From positions 19,017 to 83,016 of the forward strand of contig CAVUPH010000025.1 of NCBI GenBank assembly GCA_963743305.1: a stretch of 64,000 bases of DNA, written 5' to 3'. A program made the position numbers and the translations under genes. Shown piece by piece: positions 18,515 through 29,512 of the stretch. Every line of letters starts with the position of its first letter. Position 1 is the first letter of the stretch. The stretch is from an uncultured delta proteobacterium. Lineage in GTDB: Bacteria > Desulfobacterota > RBG-13-43-22. The notes beneath the pieces are model-generated. The model was not told the origin of the DNA and made no database searches. It was given only the letters and a program-made list of their open reading frames with translations.

Positions 18515-19502
18515 TCAACCCTGCCCTTGACCTAAAATAGCCCTTTTAATCAATGTCTTGGCAATGACGATCTTGTAAGCGTTCCGGCTGAGAGGCCGGG
18601 CCCCGGCCAAGGCCAGTTCGGAGGCCTGCAGGGCCGTCTCTTCATTGAGGATCCGACCCGATAAAAACGCCTCGGCGCTTTTGGCCCGGACCGGACCGGG
18701 AGCCAGGGCGCCAAGGGCCAGTCGGGCGCTCCTGGCACATCCCGTGGTCCTCAGTGATCACCACCGCCAGGCTGACGATGGCAAAATCAATGGGCCGACG
18801 GAGCGTAAACTTAAAAAAATGCTGTTTTGTCGAATGGTTAATTACTGGAATCTCGATTTCGCTTAAGATCTCATTCCACTTAATCCCGAGGCCGAGGGGG
18901 TTATAAAAATCGTTTAGCGCCATTTTTCGTTGGCCCTCAGGACCGGCAATGACGAGTTGCGCATCGAGGGCCGCCAGGGCTACGGCGGTATCCGACGGGC
19001 AGACGGCGAAGCACTTCTTTCCCCCCAGGACGGCATGGTAGCGGTTATCGCCCTTGATGGCCAGGCAGGGGCCTTTCCCCTTGCGGGCACAGGAAAGGGC
19101 GCCCCCCAGGTGATTCGGGTAACGGTAATACCAGCAGCGCACCTCCTGGCAGAGGTTCCCGCCCAGGGTGGCGACGTTCCGGATCTGAGGGGAGGCCACG
19201 GAATGGGCCGCTTCGGCCAGGACCCCATAGCGCTCCCGGAGTGAGTGGAGACCCGGCGATATCCTTGAGCCGGGTCAGAGCCCCGATCTGTCAGCCGCCC
19301 GTTCTCTTCGCGGATAGCAGTCCAGGCCGACGATGGTCTTGATATCGATCACTGCCTGGGGATACCCGGGCAGGATCTCGTCTTTCAGAACCCCCAGCAG
19401 GTCCGTTCCCCCGGCGTTGACCCGGGCTTTGCCCCGAAATTTGGTCAGCAGGGCCATCGCCTCTTCGAGGGTTTCGGCCTGGAAGTGTTGAAAGGACCTC
19501 AT
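18515..19502 (-). CDS. Xanthine dehydrogenase-family FAD subunit with a [4Fe-4S]-type insert (several frameshifts)
   Basis: AGGTDLL; ASPQIRNVATLGGNLCQEVRCWYYR..CARKGKGPC..C; ends RPLSRNAYKIVIAKTLIKRAI. Confidence 0.85.
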
Positions 19503-21792
19503 GACCGGCCCCCTGTCTGTCGGTCCGGCCGGAATCTTTCCCAAGGCCTGCCAGGACCCGTTCCGGGGTCACCGGATAGTCGTGCAGCCAAATGCCGACG
19601 GCATTGGAAACGGCCATGAGCACCGCCGAAGGCCCGGGCGAGGTAGCCACCTCCCCTACCCCGACGGCCTTGAAACGATGGCTGGGGATCGGCGTCTCCA
19701 AAACCACGTTGTCAATGACCGGCAAATTCGGGAAGGTCCTCCATTTATAATCGATCAGGTTGGCATTGAGGATCTGTCCACTGGTCCGATCGAGGACCGT
19801 CTCCTCAAAAAGGGCGCTGTCGATGCCTCCCGAGCCGAGGCAGCCGTTGAGCTGGCCCTCCAGCCCCGGCGGGTCGATGATCTGCCCCACGTCCGTGGCG
19901 TTGACCACGCGCCGCAGGGTCACCAGCCCGGTTTCAGTATCCACCTCCACTTCCACGAAGGTCATCATGCAATTGGCCAGGGTGAAATCCGGTTCAAAGC
20001 GGCCGGAACCCAGGCAGGTCCGGTCAATCCCCATGGCCTTCCAGGGAATCTTCTTTTCCGGATGCCCTTGAACAAAGACCAGGCCGTCCACCGTCTCCAG
20101 ATCTTCCGGTCGGGCCTGGAGCCGGGGGGCCAGCAGATCAAAGAGTTTTTCTTTGGCGTCCTGGGCGGCGGCGATCACCGCACTGCCGATGGCATAGGTT
20201 CCCCGGGAACCCACCGGACCGAATTCATAGGGATTGATCACGGAATCGGGCTCGACGATGGAGATCCGTTCCCAGGGGATTTGCAGCACTTCGGCGGCCA
20301 TCTTCATGAGGTTGCTCTTCTGCCCGGTCCCGTGCTCGGTCAGACAGGAAAAGATCAGGGCCGTTCCGTCCGGATGGAGGCGCACGTAGGCCTCCGAGGC
20401 GTCTTCGCCGATGTCGGCGTTCCCATGGACGCCGACCCCCACTCCGATCCGTTTCGAGCCGTTTACGGCCGTGGGGGTGAGCCACCCTTTCCATTTCTCT
20501 TTCCAGCCGAAGCGGGCGGCGCCCCGCTCCATGGCCGGGGTGTAGTCGACGCCCCGGTAGGTGTACCAGAGGCCGTCCCGCCAAAAATAGCCATCGCCGG
20601 GTTTGACGTAATTCTTCTTCAGCACCTCGAAAGGGTCCAAGCCGGCCTCGGCCATGGCCAGGGAGAGCAAGGGAATAAAGGCGCATTTCAGCTCCTGGCC
20701 GCCGAACCCGCGGACGATACCCGAGGCGTTCCGATTGGTACAGACGATCTTCGTCTTGAGATCCCAGTTGGCGCAGCGCACCATGATCTGCAGTTCTCCG
20801 CAGCCAACAGCCACCTGAGCCTGGGTGGTCATGGAGTACGAGCCGGTATCCACCAGCCAGTCTCCGGAAACGGCCGTTACGGTCCCGTCCTTTTTCAGGC
20901 CCACTCGGGCGCGCATACGTGATCCGGGCCGGAGGGTAAAGGTCGCCAAATGCTCTTCCTTAGTCAAGACCAGCTTCACCGGTCGGCCGGTGGCCCGGCT
21001 GAGGAGGGCCGCTTGGGCTTGCACCAGCCAGGACATCAGCTTGGACCCGAAACTCCCGCCGCAGGCGCCGCCTAGGGTCCGGACCTTAACCTCCCGATTA
21101 AAAATATGGAACAGGGTAATCTGATCCATGTAGGGGGTCTGGGAGGATACCCAGACTGTCAGCGTATTCGGCTCTTCCCAAAGGGCCACGGCCCCCGGCG
21201 GTTCGGGGGGAATGGGGTTGGGCAGGTTTTCATAGCCGAAGGTCCCCTCGGTGATAACGTCGGCCTCTTGAAACCCCTTTTCCACATCCCCCCTGACGAC
21301 TTCTTTCAGGCATCCGGGTCCAAAAAAAGGAGTGCCGGGGGGCAGCACATTGCCCGGGAACTGCTTGTACAATTGGGGCGCCCCGGGTTTCAAGGCCTCT
21401 TCCACCTCGAAAACGGCGGGCAGGATTTCGTATTCCACTTCGATCAAACTCAGGGCCTCCAGGGCGATTTCTTCCGTCAAGGCGGCTACCAGGGCCACCG
21501 CATCGCCCACCTGCCTGACCTGGCGGTCGAGGACCCGTTTGCAGCGGGGCGTGCCTCCCCTCCAATCCGGCGCGTCTTCCCAGGTGAGCAGGGCTTTAAC
21601 CCCCGGGAGCGCCAGTGCCCGGGTCTGGTCAATCCTCTTAATCAAGGCGTGGGGATGGGGGCTTCGCAGCACTTTTCCGTAAAGCAGGTCGGGGAATTTC
21701 AGATCATTGAGATAGGTGGTGCTTCCGGTGACAATCTCCCGGGCATCCCGGCGGGGGAGGTTTTTACCGATATAGCGGTAGGCCTCGGTCAT
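19499..21792 (-). CDS. Xanthine dehydrogenase-family molybdopterin-binding subunit (3' end run-on probably caused by an indel)
   Basis: LRSPHPHALI, GGSFGSK, VRGFG, EHGTGQ, KAVGVGEVAT. Confidence 0.92.
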
Positions 21793-21796
21793 GCCC

Positions 21797-22333
21797 TTAC
21801 TTCCCTCGGGCGGAAACGGACAGGACCGCCTGCACCACCTGGTAGTGGCTGATACAGCGGCAGAAATGTCCGGACAGGGCTTCTTTGACCTGGTCTTCGG
21901 TGGGAGACGGATTTTCGTTGAGCAGAGCCCGGGCGCTCAGGATCATTCCCGGGGTGCAGAATCCACATTGAAAGGCGTTGTGATCGATAAAGGCCTGTTG
22001 GAGGGGATCCAGCCTCCCTTCCCGAGGGTCCGCCAGTCCCTCGATGGTGGTGATCGCTTGCCCGTCGCATTCCACCGTCAGGGTCAGACAGGAAAGCCGG
22101 GGCTCTCCGTCGATCAGGACCGTGCAGGCCCCGCAGGCGCCGTGGTCGCAGGAGACCTTGGTGCCGGTGAGCCCCAGGGTTTCCCGGAGGGTGTGGGCCA
22201 GGGTCGCGGAGGGGTCGATCTGCCCGAGGCCGCTGCCCACTTCCAGATGAACGTCCTGGTTGTTAACGGTCAGACGGACGCGCCGGGTTCCGGTGACTTT
22301 TTTTCTCTTAGACCTGGTTGATTTAACAGGCAT
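21797..22333 (-). CDS. 2[2Fe-2S] subunit of a Mo-hydroxylase
   Basis: GTKVSCDHGACGACTV, QCGFCTPG, CRC. Confidence 0.93.
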   Translation of the reverse strand: MPVKSTRSKRKKVTGTRRVRLTVNNQDVHLEVGSGLGQIDPSATLAHTLRETLGLTGTKVSCDHGACGACTVLIDGEPRLSCLTLTVECDGQAITTIEGLADPREGRLDPLQQAFIDHNAFQCGFCTPGMILSARALLNENPSPTEDQVKEALSGHFCRCISHYQVVQAVLSVSARGK

Positions 22334-22439
22334 GGTTGGACTCTGAGTAGGTAAATGGTTTTCCGGCGCTTCGGCAGAATTTGTGGGCGCTGAATCGGTA
22401 CCTGCCTGACCCTGTTGTCAATCCCGCAAGTAAGGATAG

Positions 22440-22623
22440 GCGTGTACGAGTACGCGTACGAGTAAGGCGCCACTCCTCCTGTTCCACTATTCTTTTGTCA
22501 GGCTTCGCTGCCAGGCAACAAGCATCCGCACGGCATCCGCCAAAAGCACTTTGCCCTCCATCGTTTTCTGCTTCAATTCCGCTCCTTTTGGGGTTCCGTA
22601 CTCTTACACTTACTCGTACACGC
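22440..22623. repeat. ~184-bp element with 28-bp imperfect terminal inverted repeats built from TACGAG hexamers
   Basis: GCGTGTACGAGTACGCGTACGAGTAAGG vs the reverse complement of the right end, GCGTGTACGAGTAAGTGTAAGAGTACGG. Confidence 0.65.
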
Positions 22624-22708
22624 AAATGTTCCTGGCGATGACCTGAATATCTTAATTAAAGGGTTTAATACGAAAATAGAAGATTCGGTGGTTATTCCAG
22701 CCCTTTTG

Positions 22709-22785
22709 AAATCCCTCTAAAGTCCCCCTTTGCTAAGGGGGACTTTAACTCCCCCCTTTGGCAAAGGGGGGCGGGGGGGGATTTT
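22709..22785. repeat. REP-like CCCCCTTT..AAGGGGG double hairpin
   Basis: AAAGTCCCCCTT..AAGGGGGACTTT followed by CCCCCCTTTGGCAAAGGGGGG. Confidence 0.65.
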
Positions 22786-22872
22786 CATGCTACGGGGTAC
22801 CCGCCCCGGGCATGGGGGTTTAGTACAAAATTATTACAGCTTTCCCCGCTTCCTGGCAAGACGAAAATCAAT

Positions 22873-22938
22873 TTAAAGCGGATAAAAGGTCTTACCGGAT
22901 TCCGCCATCTCCCGGATCAGTTCGGCCGGTTGGTGCCG
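22873..22938 (-). pseudogene. Isolated 3' tail of a fadB-like gene
   Basis: RHQPAELIREMAESGKTFYPL* vs RYQPARLIREMGESGKTFYSNGY* at 33976. Confidence 0.8.
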
Positions 22939-23175
22939 AATCACCCATCGCTCAAACCGGAAGCGGTCTTTATGCTTCAGGAAGCTTTTCTTCGTGGGAC
23001 TATCTCCCGGGGTGAAATGATCCGGGTTTCCGGGCTGGCCGAAAGGACGGGACGAAAAGTCACTGGGGCAACTGCTGAAAGAGCGGCTGCTGGTGTCGGA
23101 TTCACCCAAGGGCGCCGTCCGGTTCGGCATTCCGACACCGGTCGCGGGGTATCTGTTTCCAGACCCATGTCCTGG
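22939..23175 (+). pseudogene. Fic-family protein C-terminal winged-helix remnant
   Basis: LQEAFLRGTISRGEMIRVSGLAERTGRKV/GQLLKERLLVSDSPKGAVRFGIP..YLFP across a frameshift. Confidence 0.6.
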
Positions 23176-23272
23176 TTTGCCGGACGGGTAAAACCGAAGG
23201 GCCAAGGCCGGCGGACTTTATTCTTGACTTGACCATTTTATTTGACTACTTTGGACAAAGGAGGTGTATTCT

Positions 23273-23506
23273 ATGAAAACCATGGCCATTAGTGAATTTA
23301 AAGCCCAGGCCTTAAAGGTGATAAACGAAATCGCCCAATCCAGGGAACCCGTGGTCATAACCAAACGGGGCCGGCCGCTGGCCCGGGTTGTCCCCGTTCA
23401 GAAGAGTGAAACCAAGGCCACACCCGGGAAACTTGCCGCTGCCTTTGTTTTCGAAAAAGACATTGTTACCCCGCTAGGGCCGGAATTGTGGGAAGCCAGC
23501 CGGTGA
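23273..23506 (+). CDS. Phd/YefM-family antitoxin
   Basis: MAISEFKAQALKVINEI..PVVITKRGRPLARVVP. Confidence 0.9.
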   Translation: MKTMAISEFKAQALKVINEIAQSREPVVITKRGRPLARVVPVQKSETKATPGKLAAAFVFEKDIVTPLGPELWEASR

Positions 23507-23901
23507 ATTATCTCCTCGACACGCACACCTGGGTCTGGTGGAATATGCGCCCCCAAAACCTCTCCCGCAGGGTCAGGGACTTGATTGAGCAAGAAGACCG
23601 TTATGAAGAGCTGCTCCTGTCGGTCATTTCACCCTGGGAGTTTTGCAAGCTGCTGGAAAAGGGTAGGCTCGGGATCGCCGTCAACCCGGAGGACTGGATC
23701 AACAGCGCCCTGGAAATGCCGAAGCTCAGGTTGGTTCAGCTTACCCCCCGGATAGCCTATCGTTCCACCACACTTCCCCAGCCTTTCCATGACGACCCGG
23801 CCGATCAGATCATTGTGGCCACAGCCCGGGAAGAACAGGCCGTGATTCTCACTAAAGACCAGAGGATTTTAAAATATAAACACATTCAAAGTATTTGGTA
23901 A
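23503..23901 (+). CDS. vapC: VapC-family PIN toxin
   Basis: YLLDTHTWVWW, LSVISPWE, FHDDPADQIIVATA, ILTKD. Confidence 0.92.
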   Translation: MNYLLDTHTWVWWNMRPQNLSRRVRDLIEQEDRYEELLLSVISPWEFCKLLEKGRLGIAVNPEDWINSALEMPKLRLVQLTPRIAYRSTTLPQPFHDDPADQIIVATAREEQAVILTKDQRILKYKHIQSIW

Positions 23902-23940
23902 ACGGTGACCTCCACCGTCCGGCCCTGGCCGGATCCCCCT

Positions 23941-24906
23941 TTACATAATACAATCTTGAACAGCTCCCGGTGATGAGTTCCCGAACTGAGGCAGTTGGGC
24001 GCCGGGGAACTGCATCCGGCATTCAAGCGCACAGCGAACGGGATTTGGTGAGGTGCTATAAAAAGTCTTCTCCTGTTCCGCCTTTTCCTTCCTTTCCCGT
24101 TCATCGGTTATCCCTTCCGGCGTGTCGTCTTTGGCCCCTAGTTCCCGCGATAACGTCTTCCCGGCATCCGCCACAAGCGGTCCGCAGCGACGCGCTTCTT
24201 CCGCGGAAGCCAGACCCAGAACGGCGATATAGCCGAGGGGTCGGCCGCTGGGACCCAGTACCGGCGCGGCCACCGCGTTGAGGCCCGGGGTGGTTTCCTC
24301 CAGGTCCTCGGCGAATCCATCCCGCCGGCAACGGTCCAGGTCTTTCATGAGTTTTGATTGGTCGAAACGGGACGGGTCCCCGTAAAAGTAAAGCTTCTTC
24401 TCCCTGAGTACATCTCGCAGTTCGGCCTCCGGGAGAAACGAAGCTATGGCCTTCCCATGGCAGCCGTAGGTGAGCGGCAAACGATGTCCGACCCGCATGG
24501 TTACCACGACCGGACCGGGGCCTTCCCGCTTGGCGGCCACGAAGACGTTTCGGCCGGCGATCAAGCCCAGGGCCGCTGTGGTCCCGATCTTGCCGGCCAG
24601 TTCCTCCAGGATCGGCTCGGCCAGGCGGGGGGCGCTGAGATCGTCGAGGACCTTCCGGGAAAGGGAGATCAGACTGGGACCCAAAGCGTAGCCCTTTCCT
24701 TCTTCATTCTTCCGGATCAGTCCAAACCGCTGCAGCGTCTCCAGAATGGTAAAGGCCTTGCTCTTGTGGATCCCCACGCGGTCACAGATTTCGTTGAGGC
24801 TCAGGGCCGGGGCCGGAGTTTCGGCGAGACGGAAGAGGATGCGCGCGGCCTGCTCTACGGCCGGCGATACATAGCGGTCATTGTTTTTCTTGATCGGGTC
24901 TTTCAA
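23941..24906 (-). CDS. IclR-family transcriptional regulator (C-terminal ~60 aa uncertain)
   Basis: PAVEQAARILFRL, LNEICDRVGIHKSKAFTILETL, GHRLPLTYGCHGKA, GLNAVAAPV. Confidence 0.9.
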   Translation of the reverse strand: MKDPIKKNNDRYVSPAVEQAARILFRLAETPAPALSLNEICDRVGIHKSKAFTILETLQRFGLIRKNEEGKGYALGPSLISLSRKVLDDLSAPRLAEPILEELAGKIGTTAALGLIAGRNVFVAAKREGPGPVVVTMRVGHRLPLTYGCHGKAIASFLPEAELRDVLREKKLYFYGDPSRFDQSKLMKDLDRCRRDGFAEDLEETTPGLNAVAAPVLGPSGRPLGYIAVLGLASAEEARRCGPLVADAGKTLSRELGAKDDTPEGITDERERKEKAEQEKTFYSTSPNPVRCALECRMQFPGAQLPQFGNSSPGAVQDCIM

Positions 24907-25055
24907 GGAATTGCCCTAAGCTTAATTTAGAACTCAGGTTTTGTATATAGAACTTTCAAAACAAGAAGCTCCTGTCAAGAAAACAAATTGACATTCCGAT
25001 ACTAATATGCAGAATTACTTTATGTATAAGTAATTATGAATAAGGGAGTATTACC

Positions 25056-25343
25056 ATGCTGATGGAGGAACACCTGGGCACTATTACCCAGAAAGGACAG
25101 GTCACCATTCCTCTGGCGATCCGCAAGCTACTAGGGGTGAAATCACGGGACCGGGTGGCCTTCCGTGTCATCGAGGGGCGGGTGGAACTTGCCCCGGCCA
25201 CGATGTCTCTGGAAGACACCTACGGGGCGGTCAAGCCGACCGCCCGCCCTGAAAAATGGTCTGAGATCCGCCGCCGGGTTCGGGAGGAAAGGGTGGGGCT
25301 AAGGACCGGCAAAACCATCCGTCCACGGAAGGAAGGCCGCTGA
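25056..25343 (+). CDS. AbrB/MazE-family antitoxin
   Basis: GTITQKGQVTIPLAIRKLLGV; upstream TTGACA and palindrome AATTACTTTAT..ATAAGTAATT. Confidence 0.88.
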   Translation: MLMEEHLGTITQKGQVTIPLAIRKLLGVKSRDRVAFRVIEGRVELAPATMSLEDTYGAVKPTARPEKWSEIRRRVREERVGLRTGKTIRPRKEGR

Positions 25344-25750
25344 TGGATTTTTTGGATACCAATGTGATCCTCCGGTACCTGACCCGGGACGACCCGGTTA
25401 AAGCCGAACGTTGCTACGAGCTTTTTCAGCGGGTCGAACGTAAAGAGGTCCGGCTGACGACCTCGGAATCGGTTCTGGCCGAAGTGGTATATGTGTTATC
25501 CTCCCGGTCGGTTTACAATCAAGGCCGCGAACAAGTGCGGAATTTGCTATTGCCGATCGTCTCTCTAAGTGGACTTCTGGTTCCACATCGACGCTCATTC
25601 TTACGGGCCCTCGAATTCTACGCCGTCACGAATATGGATTTTGAAGATTGCCTTTCCCTGGCCCATATGGAACGGTTGAAAATAAAAACAATTGTGAGCT
25701 ACGATCGGGATTTCGACCGGATAAATACCATCCAGCGCCACGAGCCCTGA
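25343..25750 (+). CDS. vapC: VapC-family PIN toxin
   Basis: FLDTNVILRYL, VLAEVVYVL, DFEDCL, IVSYDRDFD; TGATG overlap with the antitoxin. Confidence 0.92.
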   Translation: MDFLDTNVILRYLTRDDPVKAERCYELFQRVERKEVRLTTSESVLAEVVYVLSSRSVYNQGREQVRNLLLPIVSLSGLLVPHRRSFLRALEFYAVTNMDFEDCLSLAHMERLKIKTIVSYDRDFDRINTIQRHEP

Positions 25751-25971
25751 GCCGGGCGATAGGGAGGCGATTAATCCGGACGAGTCGAAGATTTGGGAAT
25801 TCACCCCCACTCCCAAACCGGGCACTTCCCGCGGTGGGCGGGATGCCCGATTAAGAAGTTAAATTAATTTGACAATCTGGAAATATTTTAGATAGGAATT
25901 CATGAAGCTCGAATATTGAATTTTTTTATGGACAACCTTTAACCAAAGGAGTGTCGATGGAAGAATATTAG

Positions 25972-26007
25972 ACCCCATTTCTTGTTTAAAGAAGTGGGGT
26001 TTTTTTT
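25972..26007 (+). terminator. Intrinsic terminator upstream of the TIR-APAZ gene
   Basis: ACCCCATTTCTT..AAGAAGTGGGGT followed by a T run. Confidence 0.75.
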
Positions 26008-26146
26008 AGTGGAGATGATATCGCCGCAGTTCATGGGTGGATGAAACCTGGGTAAGGGATTTTTGGGGAAAGAACCACTGCCGGATAAAATGCGAGGTTG
26101 CCCCGGGGCAACCTTGCATTGGGACAGAATTGAGGTGCTGCGCCAA

Positions 26147-27509
26147 ATGACACGTCAAACGGTTTTCATAAGCAAGGCCACACCGGAAGATGATGAATTC
26201 GTCTTATGGCTTGCGCCACGGCTGGAGGCTTCAGGGTACACGGTATTTGCAGACATCCTGACTTTGGAAGCGGGCGACAGATGGCGCAAGGTAGTCACTC
26301 AAACTTTGCGGAAATCCGTTAAGATGCTTCTCTGTTGCAAAGATTCAACATTGGAAAAGGATGGTGTACAGGAAGAGATTGGTATTGCGTTGGACATAGC
26401 CAAAGAAATCCAAGACCCTCGTTTTATCATACCACTTCGTCTTGAACCGTTTAAACGGCTATTCGGCATAGGGGAGATACAGTACATTGATTTTGTCGGC
26501 AGTTGGGCGAGAGGTCTTCAAAGCCTGTTTGATACATTGGAAAATCAGGATGTCCCGCGACTAAAAGAAAAAATTTTGATTAATCCGAACTGGGAGAACT
26601 ACAAGAAGCGGCTCGCCATAAAGATTGAGGAGTCCCCCGAAATCCTGACCACGAGCTGGCTGAGCATTGCCCAGGTGCCGGAATTCATTCGCTATTACCA
26701 TCCTCCTGGCGCCGTTAACCAGTCGTTGATGCAAAGATGCTGCAACACCAATCCATCCCCTGCCGAAGTCTACCAACGCGGTTTCTTTTCCTTTGCGCTC
26801 CCCGAAGAGGTCAACCGTGATTTTGCCTATGTTGCCAAGTTCGTTGTCCGGAACCGAACACAATCTGATGGAACTTATTGAGAACGGCAGCGAATCGCCT
26901 GGTATCAAGGCCAACGTCGCCGCTAATCTTGTCCTCTCCATGTTTCGCCGCAGTTGGGAAAGATTCTGCCGTAAGAAGGGTCTCTTTGAGTACCAATTCT
27001 CAGGGTCAATCGGGATTCTTGTTACCAAGGGACAAGTACCCCTTGGCAAGAGAATCCCCTGGGGAGAGAAATCCCTGCGCCGCTCCGCTATGCTCCGCAA
27101 TGCCGCCAGTGGAAAGGTGTGGGAATACGGCGCTACGGCGACGCCATTTCTTCGGCCTTTTCCCCATTTCAAGTTCAAGGCCCGAATTCTCTTTTCCGAA
27201 CAGTCCGGGAAAGAGGCCGGAGCAGTCATTCAGGACGCAGACAAACAGCATTACCACAGACGAACCATCTGCAGCAGGTGGCGCAATAAGGCCTGGCATG
27301 GGCGGTTCATGGCTTTTCTCGAATTGTTGTCAGGTTCCTCGCCATATATTGAATTGGCACTTGCCGAGTCATCTTCACTCGTCCTCGACGCACATCCCAT
27401 TCTTGCGACATCCCCGGTTACAACTCTGTTGCCCGACACCATGCCGGAAGATGCGGAAGAGCAGGACCTTTCAACCCTGGGCAACTTTGAAATGGAGGGT
27501 GAAGAGTAA
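26147..27509 (+). CDS. TIR-APAZ effector of a short-Argonaute (SPARTA-type) system, ~453 aa after removing one base near 26848
   Basis: TIR: VFISKATPEDDEFVLWLAPRL..GYTVFADI..GVQEEIGIA..DPRFIIPL. APAZ C-terminus: QHYHRRTICSRWRNKAWHGRFMAFLELL. The stop overlaps the Ago start (TAATG). Confidence 0.9.
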
Positions 27510-29063
27510 TGGACCTGCCGGAAAAGCATCTGGAGGTTGTGTATATCCCGGAGCCTGATCTCTGCTTCGGCTACGGTCAGGTGTGCGATCACCCGAAGGA
27601 CGGTCTTTTTCTCTATGGTCCCCATTCCGGACCGACGCGGTCGAAAGAAATCTCCATTGGCGTGATCGGCACTCATAATGGTCTTAAATACTTCCGGAAT
27701 TGGGCAATAAAGTTAGGGGGCTTCATTCCGATTCCTCCACCCGGCAAGACCGATAAAGAACATCGCTTGCATCTCTCCAATTTTCCCGGTATGGAAGAAG
27801 CCTTCGGTCTTGTTATCAGTCCTGGCGATTTTGTCGAGCTCAAGATCAGTCCGGATGAACTGGATAGAGCAACTAGGACCGCCAACCATCATGAGGCGGT
27901 AAGGAAGGCAGTTGATCTATACATTCATGAAATCGAACGTTACGACAGGAATGAAGAACGCACGGTAGATATCTGGGTGTTTATCCTTCCCGAACTGATT
28001 TTCGAGCGGTGCAAGTCACTTGCGAAGCGTACCGGACTTGAACTCGTCAAGGGTGATTTTCTCGAAGAAGCAGAAGGAACGCTTCGACATGCCGTTGTTT
28101 GCTGGGGTGATAGACCAGAGCGATGAAGCCATTTTCGACGATGTCCCCGACTTCCACCGCCAGGTCAAGGCACGGCTCCTGAAATTCGGGCATACCTCGC
28201 AGCTGTTGCGGGAAACAACACTGGCGCCGGATGAATTTCTGAATAAAGCGAATCGTCCGACACGGCGGCTGCAAGATCCAGCAACAGTGGCATGGAATTT
28301 GGCTACGGGCCTTTACTACAAGACGCAGCCGGAACCACCCTGGAAGGTGGCCAATGTGCGGCCGGGAGTCTGTTATATCGGCCTCGTGTTCAAGAACATT
28401 CCCAGAGACCCGAATGGTCATGTGTGCTGCGCGGCTCAGATGTTCCTGAACGAAGGAGACGCGGTTGTATTCCGCGGCGCCAATGGTCCTTACAAGACCG
28501 GTGATTACGAATACCACCTCAAGGCCCCGGAAGCCAAAAGACTCATCTCAAAGGTGCTCGAAACCTTCCGGGATAAGCACGGAACTATGCCTGACGAATT
28601 CTTTATCCACGGGAAAACGTACTTCAATAACGAGGAATGGGACGCCTTCTGCGAAGTCGCTCCGGCGGGCACCAACATTATTGGTGTCCGGATCAAGACG
28701 ACCAGCGGCGATACGAAGCTTTTCCGGAATGGCGATTACCCCGTTATCCGCGGCACCGCACTAAAGCTTGATGAGCGAAGCGCCTACCTCTGGACAAACG
28801 GCTACGTCCCACGGCTGGATACTTACATAGGCCCGGAAACGCCCAATCCCCTCCATATCACCATCCAGAGAAGCACCGGCCTGCTCCCCGACATCCGAAC
28901 CGTTTTGGCCGATATCATGGGGCTGACCAAGATCAACTACAACGCCTGCAACTACAATGACGGTCTTCCGGTCACCATACGGTTTGCCGAGAAGGTGGGA
29001 GAAGTGCTGGTTATGGGATCGGCAAAGGATGCGGAGAAACAACCGTTGAAGTTTTATGTATAA
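27509..29063 (+). CDS. ago: Short prokaryotic Argonaute (MID-PIWI, catalytically inactive), ~517 aa after removing one T at 28057-28060
   Basis: [24 protein letters not shown]; [28 protein letters not shown]; [39 protein letters not shown]; ends LKFYV. Confidence 0.93.
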
Positions 29064-29512
29064 GTTTGCGAAAAAGAAAAGAGACAAGTTGCTTTTGTTG
29101 AGCGGAGTGGGGTCGCGTAAAGGTAACTGATTGATCTTAAACACAATATAGGTAAGATCATCCTTTAAAATGGGGCTATTTCGAGCTTTCGGCCGAATCG
29201 GGTCGGACCCAATGCCGTTAACTTAACAGAAAGAGCCTGTTTTTACTATCTTTGATGGCTTCGGGTTCCAGGGGTAACGGTTGTAGGACAGGGTATTTGC
29301 AAGGACGTCCCCGGCGACGCTTTTCAAAGCCCCGACTTTTTCGGCGATATTCCTGTCGATCCTGAGTGAACTGACGGCCCGGTTTTATAGACACGCGGTG
29401 ACGGGCACAGGAGTTTATGAAGACTTCCCAACAAGAAAAGTGAGGGTCCGATCCCAATTGTTTCAATGGAAAATACCGCCTTCGCCGAAAGCATTTGAAA
29501 AGGAGGACCACC

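Noticed and set aside
19501-20922. Long antisense ORFs (also 54446-55936, 61930-63252, 48475-49650, 42866-43906, 7635-8495)
   Set aside because: They are shadows of well-supported genes on the opposite strand in GC-rich DNA and have no recognisable motifs.
26840-28070. Programmed frameshifting, or a genuinely split TIR/APAZ/Ago four-gene system
   Set aside because: Removing one base in each gene restores canonical lengths, no convincing slippery site with a stimulatory structure is evident, and similar indels affect many unrelated genes nearby.
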